Source: a virus (Duplodnaviria > Caudoviricetes). From it: a stretch of DNA of 54,513 nt. A program made the translations under genes and the position numbers. The notes under the pieces were generated by a model, which was not told where the DNA came from, made no database searches, and was given only the letters and a program-made list of their open reading frames with translations. Where the stretch lies: IMG/VR virus record IMGVR_UViG_3300032295_002835, positions 1 through 54,513 of that record; one strand, given 5' to 3'. Shown piece by piece: positions 17,566 to 27,322 of this stretch (its first letter is position 1; each line of letters begins with the position of its first letter).

Positions 17566-17870
17566 GCAGACTCAGGTTCAAGTTTGATTTGCAACGGATA
17601 CTGTTGCTGTCTAGCCAGCATGGTAACTTCAATACCTTTCTGCTCGGCTATTTCAAAAGGCAATACAGCTACCACAGCACTACCGGCTTCGTGTATGTCC
17701 ATGGTGATTTTGTCTGCTGTTTCTTGAGTGTAATCAAAATAATCAATCAGGCTTTCAATCACAAACTCATAAGTGGTCTGATTATCATTCAAATATACCA
17801 CGCGATACAGGGGAGGTTCTTTGATGTCTACTACGGTACGAACTTTGGTGCTAACTTCAGAATTTGCCAT
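17562..17870 (-). CDS. clpS: ClpS adaptor protein
   Basis: PPLYRVVYLNDNQTTYEFVI...IHEAGSAVV...YPL. Confidence 0.9.
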   Translation of the reverse strand: MANSEVSTKVRTVVDIKEPPLYRVVYLNDNQTTYEFVIESLIDYFDYTQETADKITMDIHEAGSAVVAVLPFEIAEQKGIEVTMLARQQQYPLQIKLEPESA

Positions 17871-17884
17871 GATCAATCCTCGCA

Positions 17885-17909
17885 AACAGTGGCAGATCAA
17901 CTGCCACTG
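17885..17909 (-). terminator. hairpin between hsp20 and clpS
   Basis: ACAGTGGCAG-N5-CTGCCACTGT 10-bp stem, then short T run; preceded by TAAATA. Confidence 0.5.
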
Positions 17910-17924
17910 TATTTACTCTAACAA

Positions 17925-18374
17925 TTAAGAAACGTAGGTGATTGCAATGCTCTTGGGACGAGCACTTTCGGGTACAATACGTTCCAGGCTCACAGTGAGA
18001 ATACCATCTTGACAGGTAGCACTCTTGACTTCAATGTAGTCGGCCAAGGGAAAAGTGCGTGTGAACTTGCGGGCGCTGATACCACGATGCAGATACTGTG
18101 TGTCATCGTGATCTTCGCGTTTCTTTTCGCCTGTGACTGTGAGAGTGCCATCATGGAAGGTGACATCAATTTCACCCTGAGTGAAGCCGGCCACTGCCAG
18201 ACGAATTTCGTATGTTTCACTGTCGGCTCCACCGGTCTTGACAATGTCATAGGGTGGATAGTTGCCCACATGAGCACTGGTGTCAATTTGGTTCATGATA
18301 CGATCGAACAATCGGTCAACGCCGATACTGTTGCGATAGAAGGGGGTTAGGTCAATAGAAGTTACTCGTGTCAT
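17925..18374 (-). CDS. ibpA: small heat shock protein Hsp20 (IbpA-like)
   Basis: NYPPYDI, AVAGF, YLHRGISARKF, DGIL, C-terminal IAI. Confidence 0.93.
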   Translation of the reverse strand: MTRVTSIDLTPFYRNSIGVDRLFDRIMNQIDTSAHVGNYPPYDIVKTGGADSETYEIRLAVAGFTQGEIDVTFHDGTLTVTGEKKREDHDDTQYLHRGISARKFTRTFPLADYIEVKSATCQDGILTVSLERIVPESARPKSIAITYVS

Positions 18375-18462
18375 TTTGGTCTCCTTTTAAGCAAGTAATG
18401 ACTGTGTAGACCCTAGTGGCATCTACAGTTATATTTATACAGGATTCAGCAGCATTTGCCAA
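18375..18462 (-). promoter_or_regulatory. hsp20 promoter and ROSE-like 5'UTR
   Basis: TTGGCA-N17-TATAAA(TA); hairpin TGTAGATGCC..GGGTCTACA; CTTGCT opposite AGGAG. Confidence 0.65.
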
Positions 18463-18478
18463 ATCCTGTGTTTCCAAA

Positions 18479-20335
18479 TCAAGCTGATTTTACGTCAGCA
18501 TCAATTACAGAATCATCTCCTGATGACTGTGCCGCAGCGGCCTTGGCCTTGTGCAGTGGTTCTAGCTTGGCTGCGAAATCAGTGAAGGCCGTGCGCATTG
18601 CATCCAAATCTTCTGATGCTATGAAAGACTCATATTCATCAATGGCAGCTTCAATATCAGTGCGCTCTTGATCAGTGACACGATTGCCGTGCTCTTTGAG
18701 ATCAGTTCGGGCACTGTGTGCTTGGGCTTCAATTTGGTTGCGAGCTTCAATCAATTCACGCTGCTGGCGATCGCTTTCGGCATTTTCTTCCGCTTCGCGA
18801 ATCATGCGATTGATTTCTTCATCACTCAAACCAGAATTGGCCTTGATGGTGATTTTGTTTTCTTTGCCAGTTTTCTTGTCTACTGCACTGACTTTGAGAA
18901 TACCGTTGGCATCAACATCCAGTGTAACATTGATTTGGGGCATGCCACGTGGTGCTGAATCAATGCCTTCAAGATTGAACTCGCCCAGCAGTTTGTTGTA
19001 CTTGGCTAGTTCACGCTCGCCCTGGTATACCTTGATTGTGACCGCAGGTTGATTGTCTTCCGCGGTGGAGAACACCTGACTGTTTTTGGTGGGAATGGTG
19101 GTGTTCTTTGTGATCAACTTGGTCATAACACCGCCCACGGTTTCAATTCCCAGGCTTAGGGGTGTTACATCCAACAGCAACACATCCTTGCGATCACCTG
19201 CCAACACAGCACCTTGGATGGCAGCGCCCACAGCCACTGCTTCGTCAGGATTGACATCACGACGTGGTGCTTTGCCAAACAGTTTTTCAACTGCTTGTTG
19301 TACTCTAGGCATGCGTGTTTGTCCGCCTACCAAGATAACTTCGTCAATGTCGCTGGCACTGATTCCAGCATCTTTGATGGCCTGACGGCAAGGTTCAAGA
19401 CTGGACTCAATGAGATCTTCCACCATGCTTTCTAGTTTGGCACGTGTGATCTTGATGTTGAGATGTTTGGGTCCGCTGGCATCAGCTGTGATGTAGGGCA
19501 GGTTTACATCGGTCTGAGCACTGTTGGACAGTTCAATCTTGGTACGTTCAGCTGCTTCTTTTAGGCGTTGCAGTGCCATGACATCTTTGCCTAGATCTAC
19601 GCCGCTTTCTTTGCGGAATTCTGCAATGAGATGATCGATGATACGTTGGTCAAAATCTTCACCGCCCAGTGTGGTGTTACCGTTGGTGCTCAAGACTTCA
19701 ATCTGCTTGTCACCGTCAACGTCGGCGATTTCAATAATGCTTACGTCAAATGTGCCACCGCCCAGGTCATACACAGCTACCTTGCGATCACCCTTGGTTT
19801 CTTTGTCCACACCATAGGCCAAGGCCGCTGCTGTGGGTTCGTTGATGATGCGCAATACTTCTAGGCCTGCAATTTGTCCTGCATCCTTGGTGGCCTGACG
19901 TTGACTGTCATTGAAGTAGGCAGGAACTGTGATAACTGCCTGCGTGACTTCATGTCCAAGATAGTCTTCAGCAGTTTTTTTCATTTTACGAAGAACTTCT
20001 GCTGAGATCTGCGGTGGTGCTATGTCGCGATCTTGAGCACGGATCCATGCATCTCCATTGGCGGCCTTGACCACTTCATAGGGCATGGCATGCCGGCCGG
20101 CTTCCTCAAAGCGACGACCAATAAAACGCTTGGCAGCGTAAATGGTATTTTGGGGATTGGTCACAGCCTGTCGTTTGGCTGGTGATCCCACGATGATTTC
20201 ATCAGCGGTATAGGCCACTGTGCTGGGCGTTGTTCGCGCACCTTCTGAATTTTCAATTACTCGGGGAAGTCCGTTTTCGATTACTGCGACGCAGCTATTG
20301 GTGGTACCTAGGTCGATACCTATTACTTTGCTCAT
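18479..20335 (-). CDS. dnaK: Hsp70 chaperone DnaK
   Basis: [45 protein letters not shown]. Confidence 0.97.
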   Translation of the reverse strand: MSKVIGIDLGTTNSCVAVIENGLPRVIENSEGARTTPSTVAYTADEIIVGSPAKRQAVTNPQNTIYAAKRFIGRRFEEAGRHAMPYEVVKAANGDAWIRAQDRDIAPPQISAEVLRKMKKTAEDYLGHEVTQAVITVPAYFNDSQRQATKDAGQIAGLEVLRIINEPTAAALAYGVDKETKGDRKVAVYDLGGGTFDVSIIEIADVDGDKQIEVLSTNGNTTLGGEDFDQRIIDHLIAEFRKESGVDLGKDVMALQRLKEAAERTKIELSNSAQTDVNLPYITADASGPKHLNIKITRAKLESMVEDLIESSLEPCRQAIKDAGISASDIDEVILVGGQTRMPRVQQAVEKLFGKAPRRDVNPDEAVAVGAAIQGAVLAGDRKDVLLLDVTPLSLGIETVGGVMTKLITKNTTIPTKNSQVFSTAEDNQPAVTIKVYQGERELAKYNKLLGEFNLEGIDSAPRGMPQINVTLDVDANGILKVSAVDKKTGKENKITIKANSGLSDEEINRMIREAEENAESDRQQRELIEARNQIEAQAHSARTDLKEHGNRVTDQERTDIEAAIDEYESFIASEDLDAMRTAFTDFAAKLEPLHKAKAAAAQSSGDDSVIDADVKSA

Positions 20336-20424
20336 GTTTTCTCTCCTCAGTTAAGCAAGATTGGATTGTAGACCCCGGGGGCATCTACAACAGTATTTAT
20401 ACAGCAAAAATCACACAGTGTCAA
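20336..20424 (-). promoter_or_regulatory. dnaK promoter and ROSE-like 5'UTR
   Basis: TTGACA-N17-TATAAA(TA); same hairpin and CTTGCTTAA..AGGAG as hsp20 leader. Confidence 0.65.
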
Positions 20425-20428
20425 GCAT

Positions 20429-20683
20429 TTATCGTGGTTCTATCAATCTAAAATTTTTTAAATAGTGTGTCAAAACATCATTATGGCTCTCAGGCTGCCA
20501 GGTCAAGGCAAAAAAATGATACATTTCTTCGTCGTCAAACGTGATACGCAGAGTGTACTTCACAACTTTTCTACGATACACCACTGCAAAACGTTCACTC
20601 CAGGCAGCTATACGATTGTCTAGTTCTTTGAGAATCAGGCCTGCGGCCTGAGATGATGAGGGCAGAGCAAACTCTATGTACAC
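20429..20683 (-). CDS. hypothetical protein
   Basis: 84-aa ORF, GTG start overlapping clpX stop. Confidence 0.7.
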   Translation of the reverse strand: MYIEFALPSSSQAAGLILKELDNRIAAWSERFAVVYRRKVVKYTLRITFDDEEMYHFFALTWQPESHNDVLTHYLKNFRLIEPR

Positions 20684-21873
20684 TACTGGTTGACAGCCAA
20701 CAATTGATGTGGGTCCTGTACTTGGTCCACATCAATACTCACATGCTTGATGCCTTGCCTACGATATTCTGCCAAGTAAAACATGTGTGGCAGCAATACT
20801 CTTTCCAGTTCGCTGTGTAGACCACGAGCGCCGGTGCGATTTTCTATGGTGCGTTGGGCAATTAGATCCAGTGCTTCGGCGGTGAATTCCAGTTCCACAT
20901 TGTCTCGTTCAAACAGCCAATGGTATTGACTGATGTAACTGTGTTTGACATCCTGTAAGATTTTCACAAGATCATCGCGAGTGAGTTCACTGAGACTGAC
21001 CCAACTGGGGAAGCGGCCTACAAATTCCGGAATCATGCCAAAACGTATGAGGTCTTCGGGCGTGACATCGTCAAGGTATTGTTCAGGATCTTCTGTGACT
21101 TTTGCATTGAATCCAATGCTGGTGCCTTTGATGCGATTTTTTACAATGTTGTCCAGCCCCACAAAAGCACCGCCGGCAATGAACAAGATGTTGGTGGTGT
21201 CAATTTCCACTGTTTCACCTGCAGGGTGCTTGCGACCGCCCGTGGGTGTTATTCTGCAACGTGTGCCTTCAACCAATTTGAGCAAGGCCTGCTGCACACC
21301 TTCGCCTGAAACATCGCGTGTGATACTGGCACTTTCACTGCGTCGACTGATTTTGTCTATCTCATCAATGAACACAATGCCACGTTGGCAACGTTGAACG
21401 TCACTGTCGGCTGCAGCAAACAGTCGAGATATCAGGCTTTCAACATCGTCGCCCACATAGCCTGCTTCGGTGAGACTGGTGGCGTCAGCTATCACAAACG
21501 GCACATCTAGGTATCGGGCCACACTGCGAGCCAACAGTGTTTTGCCTGAACCAGTTGGTCCCAACATCAAGATATTGGTTTTCTCAATTTCTGCTGTGGT
21601 GTCTGTGTTGTTGATGCGTTTGTAGTGATTGACAATGGCCACACTCAAGACCTGTTTGGCTCGTTGCTGACCTATCACGTATTGGTCAAGATTTTGCTTG
21701 ATGGCCATGGGATCAAGTGCAAACTCGGCTGCAGGCGCAACAATTTTATCAACCAGTAGAGTTTGACACAGTTCTACACACTCGTTGCAAATGGCAACTT
21801 CTTCGCCAACAATGAGTTTGGCTACTTCATCTTTGCTTTTACCGCAAAAATTGCATGATGTTGTTTCGGTCAT
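20683..21873 (-). CDS. clpX: ClpX ATP-binding subunit
   Basis: C4 zinc finger, GPTGSGKT, GYVG, IDEIDK, RKH, IGF loop, GARGL. Confidence 0.96.
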   Translation of the reverse strand: MTETTSCNFCGKSKDEVAKLIVGEEVAICNECVELCQTLLVDKIVAPAAEFALDPMAIKQNLDQYVIGQQRAKQVLSVAIVNHYKRINNTDTTAEIEKTNILMLGPTGSGKTLLARSVARYLDVPFVIADATSLTEAGYVGDDVESLISRLFAAADSDVQRCQRGIVFIDEIDKISRRSESASITRDVSGEGVQQALLKLVEGTRCRITPTGGRKHPAGETVEIDTTNILFIAGGAFVGLDNIVKNRIKGTSIGFNAKVTEDPEQYLDDVTPEDLIRFGMIPEFVGRFPSWVSLSELTRDDLVKILQDVKHSYISQYHWLFERDNVELEFTAEALDLIAQRTIENRTGARGLHSELERVLLPHMFYLAEYRRQGIKHVSIDVDQVQDPHQLLAVNQ

Positions 21874-23372
21874 GTTTGATTTTTTTGTTGCAATCTCTCT
21901 GCTACTTGTTCACGTTCCTGCTCGCTCAAAAGCTCAATGTCGTATTCACCGCTGCTGATCTTGTCAATCAAATGATCAATATAGGCAGTGTTATAGGTGT
22001 AGCTGTCACTGATGGTTTTGTCTACCAAGATCCAATCATCACCGTTGTACTTATATAGCCTATTGGGCATAATGTCAACTCTGACATACACGTCGCCCTT
22101 GCGCGGCTCTGGTGGAAAGCTGGTACCAAATCCACTGTTGTTGCCCTCCAAGACTTGATTGTCAGGAACCAGAGCCATCCAAGGCAGCTCTGAGATTTCA
22201 CCACGAGCCAGGCGGCTGCGTTGATTTTTCAAAGTGTCATTGGGATTTTCCTGCTTCCATTGTTGCATTGCAACTTTGATCTGCGGATTGTCTTCATCCT
22301 CGTCTGGTGCTTCTTCGCGAGCAAGACTTTCTTTGTCGTACTTTGACACCAATCTCTCGTCATTGTAGGCTGCTATGTCGCTGTCAAGCGGAACTGTGGG
22401 CGGGGGCTCAGGCGGCTGTGCCACCATGGGTGTGGAATTTTTAAACCAAGACCAGTTTCTAAGATATGGGAAATCTGTGGTAACAGCCACGGCCGGTTCT
22501 GGTACTGATTGTTGAATCTGTTCAATTTGCTCAGGTGTCAGAGCACCATCATCAGGTTCGTACTTTGGCGTATCCTTGTGTTGCAGCGCCGCTTCGGCCA
22601 TGGCCTCAGCATAATCATCACGATGCCATTTAAGACTTTCTGTGGAGGCCAACACCATCATGATTGCCAGGGGATCAAACACCACCACCAACATTATGAT
22701 CACCCAGCGTACCGCTGCTTCCAAGAGATTGGCATCAGGATTGTCGCCGTAGATCAAGGCAGCGATATACTTGATTGGTCCTACTTCGGCTTCAACTTTG
22801 CGTACTTCGGCTGCAATGGGCGCACGTTGTTCGTTGAGATCGCCGATCACACGTTGTTCGGTTTCAATTTCGCGCATGAGTCGCGCACGTTCTTTGGCCT
22901 GCTGACGGCGAATCTGCACAGCACGATCAGCACCTTTTTCGTCGCTGCTGCGACCCATGACCTGATCCACCGCCTCGTCCATTTGCCGGAGTACGCGGCG
23001 ATTGGCTTCGATGTTTTCTTTGGCTGTCTTGATTTTTTCATCGTAGATAGCCAGCTTGGCTAGGACATCACCGCTTACCAGACTTTGATCACTGTGTGCT
23101 TTGCTGAGAAAACCAAAGATACCCATGCTGGTGATTACCATGAGCATGAACACCGCAGGCACTAGATAGATTTTCATGGCCAGACGACAGCGGTGCCAGT
23201 ACTCATGCAACCACACAGTGACCACAACCTTGGCCAGTTCCAAGAAACCGCCCATGATCACAATGGGTATCACAGCCGCGGCGAATATGGCTGCAAGGCC
23301 TAAGATACTGTACCATGCAGCCACCAGACTGAGGCTCAAGGCCACAAACAGAGTTAGATAACTTAGAAACAT
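21870..23372 (-). CDS. membrane-anchored coiled-coil protein
   Basis: N-terminal TM helices, central coiled coil, EAEVGPIKYIA then further TM. Confidence 0.85.
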   Translation of the reverse strand: MFLSYLTLFVALSLSLVAAWYSILGLAAIFAAAVIPIVIMGGFLELAKVVVTVWLHEYWHRCRLAMKIYLVPAVFMLMVITSMGIFGFLSKAHSDQSLVSGDVLAKLAIYDEKIKTAKENIEANRRVLRQMDEAVDQVMGRSSDEKGADRAVQIRRQQAKERARLMREIETEQRVIGDLNEQRAPIAAEVRKVEAEVGPIKYIAALIYGDNPDANLLEAAVRWVIIMLVVVFDPLAIMMVLASTESLKWHRDDYAEAMAEAALQHKDTPKYEPDDGALTPEQIEQIQQSVPEPAVAVTTDFPYLRNWSWFKNSTPMVAQPPEPPPTVPLDSDIAAYNDERLVSKYDKESLAREEAPDEDEDNPQIKVAMQQWKQENPNDTLKNQRSRLARGEISELPWMALVPDNQVLEGNNSGFGTSFPPEPRKGDVYVRVDIMPNRLYKYNGDDWILVDKTISDSYTYNTAYIDHLIDKISSGEYDIELLSEQEREQVAERLQQKNQT

Positions 23373-23376
23373 AAGA

Positions 23377-23679
23377 TTATTTATAGGGTGACATTTTGTG
23401 CACCACGGCGTACTTTACTGCGATCCAGGTGCCAAACTGCTCATCGGGTACTTCAAACCAAACTGTGACCGGTTGGAAGCTCTGTGTCAACTTGCGTTTC
23501 ACATGCTTCTGAGTGCGCCAGTTGCGTCCAAACATTTTTCTTGCTTCTGACATCACAGCATACCAAGTCTTTGTATTCTCAATTTCAAACCAAACCAGAT
23601 GCATCACCTGTGGCGTTTCTCTAAGAAAATCATTTGACTCATGCATGCTCAACGCAGCGGCATCAGTATTGATAGACAT
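23377..23679 (-). CDS. hypothetical protein
   Basis: AAAGGA RBS before ATG 23679. Confidence 0.7.
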   Translation of the reverse strand: MSINTDAAALSMHESNDFLRETPQVMHLVWFEIENTKTWYAVMSEARKMFGRNWRTQKHVKRKLTQSFQPVTVWFEVPDEQFGTWIAVKYAVVHKMSPYK

Positions 23680-23714
23680 CGGTCCTTTCACTGTTTGTTC
23701 CTTAATTGGCATAC

Positions 23715-23860
23715 ACCTCAACCAGTGCTGAGGATTTGACTTTCGTCAAGGACAGTGTTTCATCCTACAGGATTTACGTTCACGTGCCACGGGCACTGCT
23801 GGTCCCAGGTCAAAGCTTTACCAACAGCCCATTGAACCACCCTATCTCACAGGTGATGCT
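23715..23860 (-). ncRNA. candidate structured ncRNA / long 5' leader
   Basis: Multiple stems incl. TTGAC-GAAA-GTCAA, GTGCC/GGCAC, ATCC/GGAT, CCTCAGC/GTTGAGG; begins at expected TSS of a perfect promoter. Confidence 0.55.
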
Positions 23861-23865
23861 GAATG

Positions 23866-23894
23866 ATTATAGTACAGATTGACAGTGATGTCAA
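23866..23894 (-). promoter_or_regulatory. perfect sigma70 promoter TTGACA-N17-TATAAT
   Basis: -35 23889-23894, -10 23866-23871. Confidence 0.85.
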
Positions 23895-23907
23895 GACTTT
23901 TGACAGA

Positions 23908-24336
23908 TTACCACGAGCGCGAAATGTCGGGTGTGTCTGGTGTGGCGTTGGCCAAGCCGGCCACGATTTGAAACTGCTGCCATGCATGAAGCACAGCAGG
24001 ATTGCGTTGCATTTCTACTGGCAGCACTATGGTATCCAACCATGTGTGCCGTGATTTCGTACGATGACCGTACTGTCTGGGTTGATGTAGTCTGCCAGTT
24101 TCGTACAGTTCAATTGCAACACTGCGTACCTGATCTTCGTCACTGTCCTCAAACACCGTCCACTCAGGTGGACTCCAGCCGTTGCGTTCGCGATAGCCCT
24201 GCCACACATTGTGCCACTGCAGGTCATCTCTGGGGTCTAGGTCTGTGCCAGATATCACAATCAAAACATCGTTGATATCCACTGTGCCCTGCACAATATC
24301 ACGAATGCATCTGCTGAAACTCATGCCAATTTTCAT
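23908..24336 (-). CDS. hypothetical phage protein
   Basis: 142-aa ORF, ATGA-coupled. Confidence 0.8.
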   Translation of the reverse strand: MKIGMSFSRCIRDIVQGTVDINDVLIVISGTDLDPRDDLQWHNVWQGYRERNGWSPPEWTVFEDSDEDQVRSVAIELYETGRLHQPRQYGHRTKSRHTWLDTIVLPVEMQRNPAVLHAWQQFQIVAGLANATPDTPDISRSW

Positions 24337-24512
24337 ACAGTTTTGGTCATGTCAAAATGGTCAAGGATGCGCTGTTGCAGTTCAGGATCATCGCACATGG
24401 CCACAACCTGCTCTACCACAGTTTCCCCAAAACGCATCAAGAGATGGCCTCCCACGCCAGGATAATGGCTACCGCCTAATTGTAAAGCAATGTCATACCA
24501 AGGTTGTTTCAT
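24333..24512 (-). CDS. hypothetical protein (59 aa, not in ORF track)
   Basis: MKQPWYDIALQLGGSHYPGVGG...; ATGA overlaps on both sides; GGAG RBS. Confidence 0.7.
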   Translation of the reverse strand: MKQPWYDIALQLGGSHYPGVGGHLLMRFGETVVEQVVAMCDDPELQQRILDHFDMTKTV

Positions 24513-25867
24513 ATTTTTTCTCCTGCCTCAAAACTTCTAAATCTCAAGAATCGCGGGAATCGGAGGCTGTAGCTTCCGTCTTGGTTTTGTGTGACGGCAT
24601 CAGCTTGCACTTCAACCACGTGACCCAATAACTTATCTCGACTGATCCAATACTCATCACGATCAGTATCAGACAAGCCACTCCCAACATTAACTCTAAT
24701 CCTACGTCCATGATCTTCTCCTTCACAAACTATAGCACCTAGGCGGCCCGCATTGCGACCGGTTCCTTCTTCAAAGTCCACAATATTTAGATCAACTGTG
24801 ATTGTGGGTTTCCACTTCATCCAACTGCTGCTGCGTTTGCATTCGTAAGGCGCATTGATATCTTTGATCATGATGCCTTCAAATCCCTGCGCCACGGCAT
24901 CTTGAGCGAACCGTTGCATGATATCACGACCTTCGGCTGAGTCAAGATTGACCTCCAGGCCTGGCATCATGCGCACACAACCATCAGGGCCTAGTGCACC
25001 AATGTGTCGTTCCATGTAGGCCAATCTCTCATGTTGCTTGAGATTGCACTGTCCCTGTTGAAAGTCAGCCAGTGGTATCATGTCAAACACATGAAACACC
25101 ATGTCATCGGTCTTGGCATTGTTTTTGCGATGAGCCTGGCGCATCAAGGTCTGAAAACTCTCGCCCACAATCTCACCATCCAACACACCCATGGTGCCAA
25201 TCTTGTCCAGATTGTCTTCGATAAAACGAGTGATCTGGGGAAAGTTCAAAAATTCTTTGCCGTTGCGACTCATCAAGGTCACACTATAGCCCCGGATCAC
25301 AGCCAACACACGCACACCATCCAGTTTGACTTCCAATCGTTTGGTGCCGCGCATTTTGTCTGGACGGTCAGTGCTGTCTTGTGCCAGCTGACAGGTAAAC
25401 ACCGGTATACGATATTCAGTCTTGCCCAGGATCTTGTTGAGAGTTTTTTCACTGATACCGCAGCGTAGATCCTTGATCAACACACGGCGGCAAATCATGT
25501 TCCACTCATCGCTGTCAAATTCTTGGCTAAGGTCTTCGATGCTTTGGCGAGCGTTGCCTCCGGTCACAGATCTAGTGCGCAGGCTTTCCAGCAGTGCCCA
25601 GAACTTGGGCCAGTCATTGGCAGCATTGACAATGCCTTGAGTCTCAGGCACCTGCTTGATGTGAAACGTATAGTAGGGATTATAGGCTTGATAACAGTTG
25701 TATAGAAAACACTGTGCGGCTGCGCTGCCTAACTTGGAGGCCATGAGAGCCTTTTCAATCACCGACTCTTTGTGCAGGCGACTGTCCGAACTTTCCAAAT
25801 CACGGATCCAATCTGCTGCCAATTTGAGTCCTCGATATCTTGCATCTTCAAAATCTATAGTGTCCAT
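24509..25867 (-). CDS. lig: ATP-dependent DNA ligase
   Basis: KLDGVR (motif I), LDGE, FHVFD, EGIMIK, WMKWK, SLRFPRF. Confidence 0.93.
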   Translation of the reverse strand: MDTIDFEDARYRGLKLAADWIRDLESSDSRLHKESVIEKALMASKLGSAAAQCFLYNCYQAYNPYYTFHIKQVPETQGIVNAANDWPKFWALLESLRTRSVTGGNARQSIEDLSQEFDSDEWNMICRRVLIKDLRCGISEKTLNKILGKTEYRIPVFTCQLAQDSTDRPDKMRGTKRLEVKLDGVRVLAVIRGYSVTLMSRNGKEFLNFPQITRFIEDNLDKIGTMGVLDGEIVGESFQTLMRQAHRKNNAKTDDMVFHVFDMIPLADFQQGQCNLKQHERLAYMERHIGALGPDGCVRMMPGLEVNLDSAEGRDIMQRFAQDAVAQGFEGIMIKDINAPYECKRSSSWMKWKPTITVDLNIVDFEEGTGRNAGRLGAIVCEGEDHGRRIRVNVGSGLSDTDRDEYWISRDKLLGHVVEVQADAVTQNQDGSYSLRFPRFLRFRSFEAGEKI

Positions 25868-25912
25868 GATATTTACAAATCCGCTGTTGGGTTGATAGCA
25901 GTATACAATTGA

Positions 25913-26620
25913 TTAGATCTGATCCAACACCTGCTGAGCTATGATGCGCTGACCATCAGCGTCAGGATGGAAACCGTCGCTGTCAAGATAGCCGTACTCT
26001 CGACAAAAGCCCCACATGTTTGATCGACCTGACAGTTGTATTTGATTGTGTTGGTAGGGCACCAAAACCGAAGCCAATGCCGCATCGTCGGCCACATCTT
26101 TCATCAACAGGTATCTAAACTGAAAGCCCATGCGGGTAAGATCTTCGAACAAATGTCTAATGAAAATTGAGCTCACCAACTGTATGGTATCCAGCGACAT
26201 TGACTTAACATGCCCACGAACGTCAATGCTGTCGCGTGAGAAGTAGGTCCAAGGCACAAGATTCTGATCCCAAGGAATCCATTTGCTTTGATTGCCTTGA
26301 TGCCAATCACACACAGCATCCAGTCGCACTGTTTCTGTGATGTTGAGCAACACCATGGTATCTTGTGGATCATAGGCATTGTTTTGCAGCACATGACTGA
26401 TGGCCTGCCGTGTGACCATGTTGCCATGAGAATTGGCTGCAACATTCACAAGACTGTTTACCTCAAGTTTTTGAGCCACGTGACTGACCCAGGTGCGTGG
26501 TTTGGCACCGTGCAAAAAACTGCAAGCACCGGGACGATCCGCACCTGGTGGCACGCCACCTATGCCATCTGCTGTGAAACTGCAACCACCTGCCACAATG
26601 TGCTTGATGTTCATGTTCAT
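25913..26620 (-). CDS. SGNH/GDSL-hydrolase-like protein
   Basis: GGCSFT near N-terminus and DGFHP near C-terminus. Confidence 0.7.
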   Translation of the reverse strand: MNMNIKHIVAGGCSFTADGIGGVPPGADRPGACSFLHGAKPRTWVSHVAQKLEVNSLVNVAANSHGNMVTRQAISHVLQNNAYDPQDTMVLLNITETVRLDAVCDWHQGNQSKWIPWDQNLVPWTYFSRDSIDVRGHVKSMSLDTIQLVSSIFIRHLFEDLTRMGFQFRYLLMKDVADDAALASVLVPYQHNQIQLSGRSNMWGFCREYGYLDSDGFHPDADGQRIIAQQVLDQI

Positions 26621-27018
26621 TACCAGCTGCTGTTGTAAAATACCTTGAGGCCCATGAACAAGTCAGCCTTGGCCAAGCGAATGAACTCTAGGTCCTGCGC
26701 ACGATAATATTCGTCACTTTCCTCACCAAAGAAAAATCCACGTGTGGAGGGCAATGCATTGTTGAGAATATCTTTTTCCAGCTGATCCAAATCTTCCCAG
26801 GTCAGCTCTAGTTCAACTCCATTGAAGGTGTCGTACTTGACGCCTTTGCGTTCGGCCAACTTCTCCATCCAGCCCTGCAGGTTAGGATGCTTGCGCCAGT
26901 ACATGATTTCACGAGGCTTGCTGATGGTACTGGTTTCTTTGTCAAAATCATAGTTGTCCCAGTACTCCCTGTTCTGACCGGCCTTGGCGGCCACGTATGC
27001 GTATTGATCCAATCCCAT
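26620..27018 (-). CDS. conserved-looking phage hypothetical protein
   Basis: MGLDQY...YWRKHPNLQGW...GFFFG...YNSSW; AGGAG RBS. Confidence 0.85.
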   Translation of the reverse strand: MGLDQYAYVAAKAGQNREYWDNYDFDKETSTISKPREIMYWRKHPNLQGWMEKLAERKGVKYDTFNGVELELTWEDLDQLEKDILNNALPSTRGFFFGEESDEYYRAQDLEFIRLAKADLFMGLKVFYNSSW

Positions 27019-27030
27019 GTCAGTCTCCTA

Positions 27031-27261
27031 TTAGTCCAGCAGGGTCATGTATGCTTCGGGATTTTTGTTGGCAAACCAAGACAGCCCATTGCGTACACCG
27101 TTGTAGTCGCCCATCAGCTCGCAGCCTTTGAGATAATCATACACAGCCAACTCTTCCGGAGTCAGCACACAGGTTTCACCCGAAAACGGATTCTGAACTT
27201 CAGCAGGCTCAGCGTCCATGATAGTGATGCCAGGGAAAAGATCAAAAATAGTTTTAGACAT
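27031..27261 (-). CDS. hypothetical early protein
   Basis: Own promoter and AAGGAG RBS. Confidence 0.8.
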   Translation of the reverse strand: MSKTIFDLFPGITIMDAEPAEVQNPFSGETCVLTPEELAVYDYLKGCELMGDYNGVRNGLSWFANKNPEAYMTLLD

Positions 27262-27290
27262 TTGTCGCTCCTTGTTATCAATATGCCATT

Positions 27291-27319
27291 ATTATAGCAT
27301 CGGTGTGAATTTTGGTCAA
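27291..27319 (-). promoter_or_regulatory. early promoter TTGACC-N17-TATAAT
   Basis: Shares TTGACCAAAATTC with promoters at 361 and 27734. Confidence 0.8.
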
Positions 27320-27322
27320 CAG

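Noticed and set aside
17562-21873. Cellular chromosome origin suggested by dnaK/clpX/isc genes
   Set aside because: Normal partners (dnaJ, tig/lon, iscS/hscAB) are absent, and the genes are interleaved with PAAR, tail and T4-like promoter features
23721-23803. Hammerhead-like CTGAGGA + hairpin on plus strand
   Set aside because: GACA replaces the required GAAA, there is no UH cleavage site before the candidate stem I partner, and the promoter points to the minus strand
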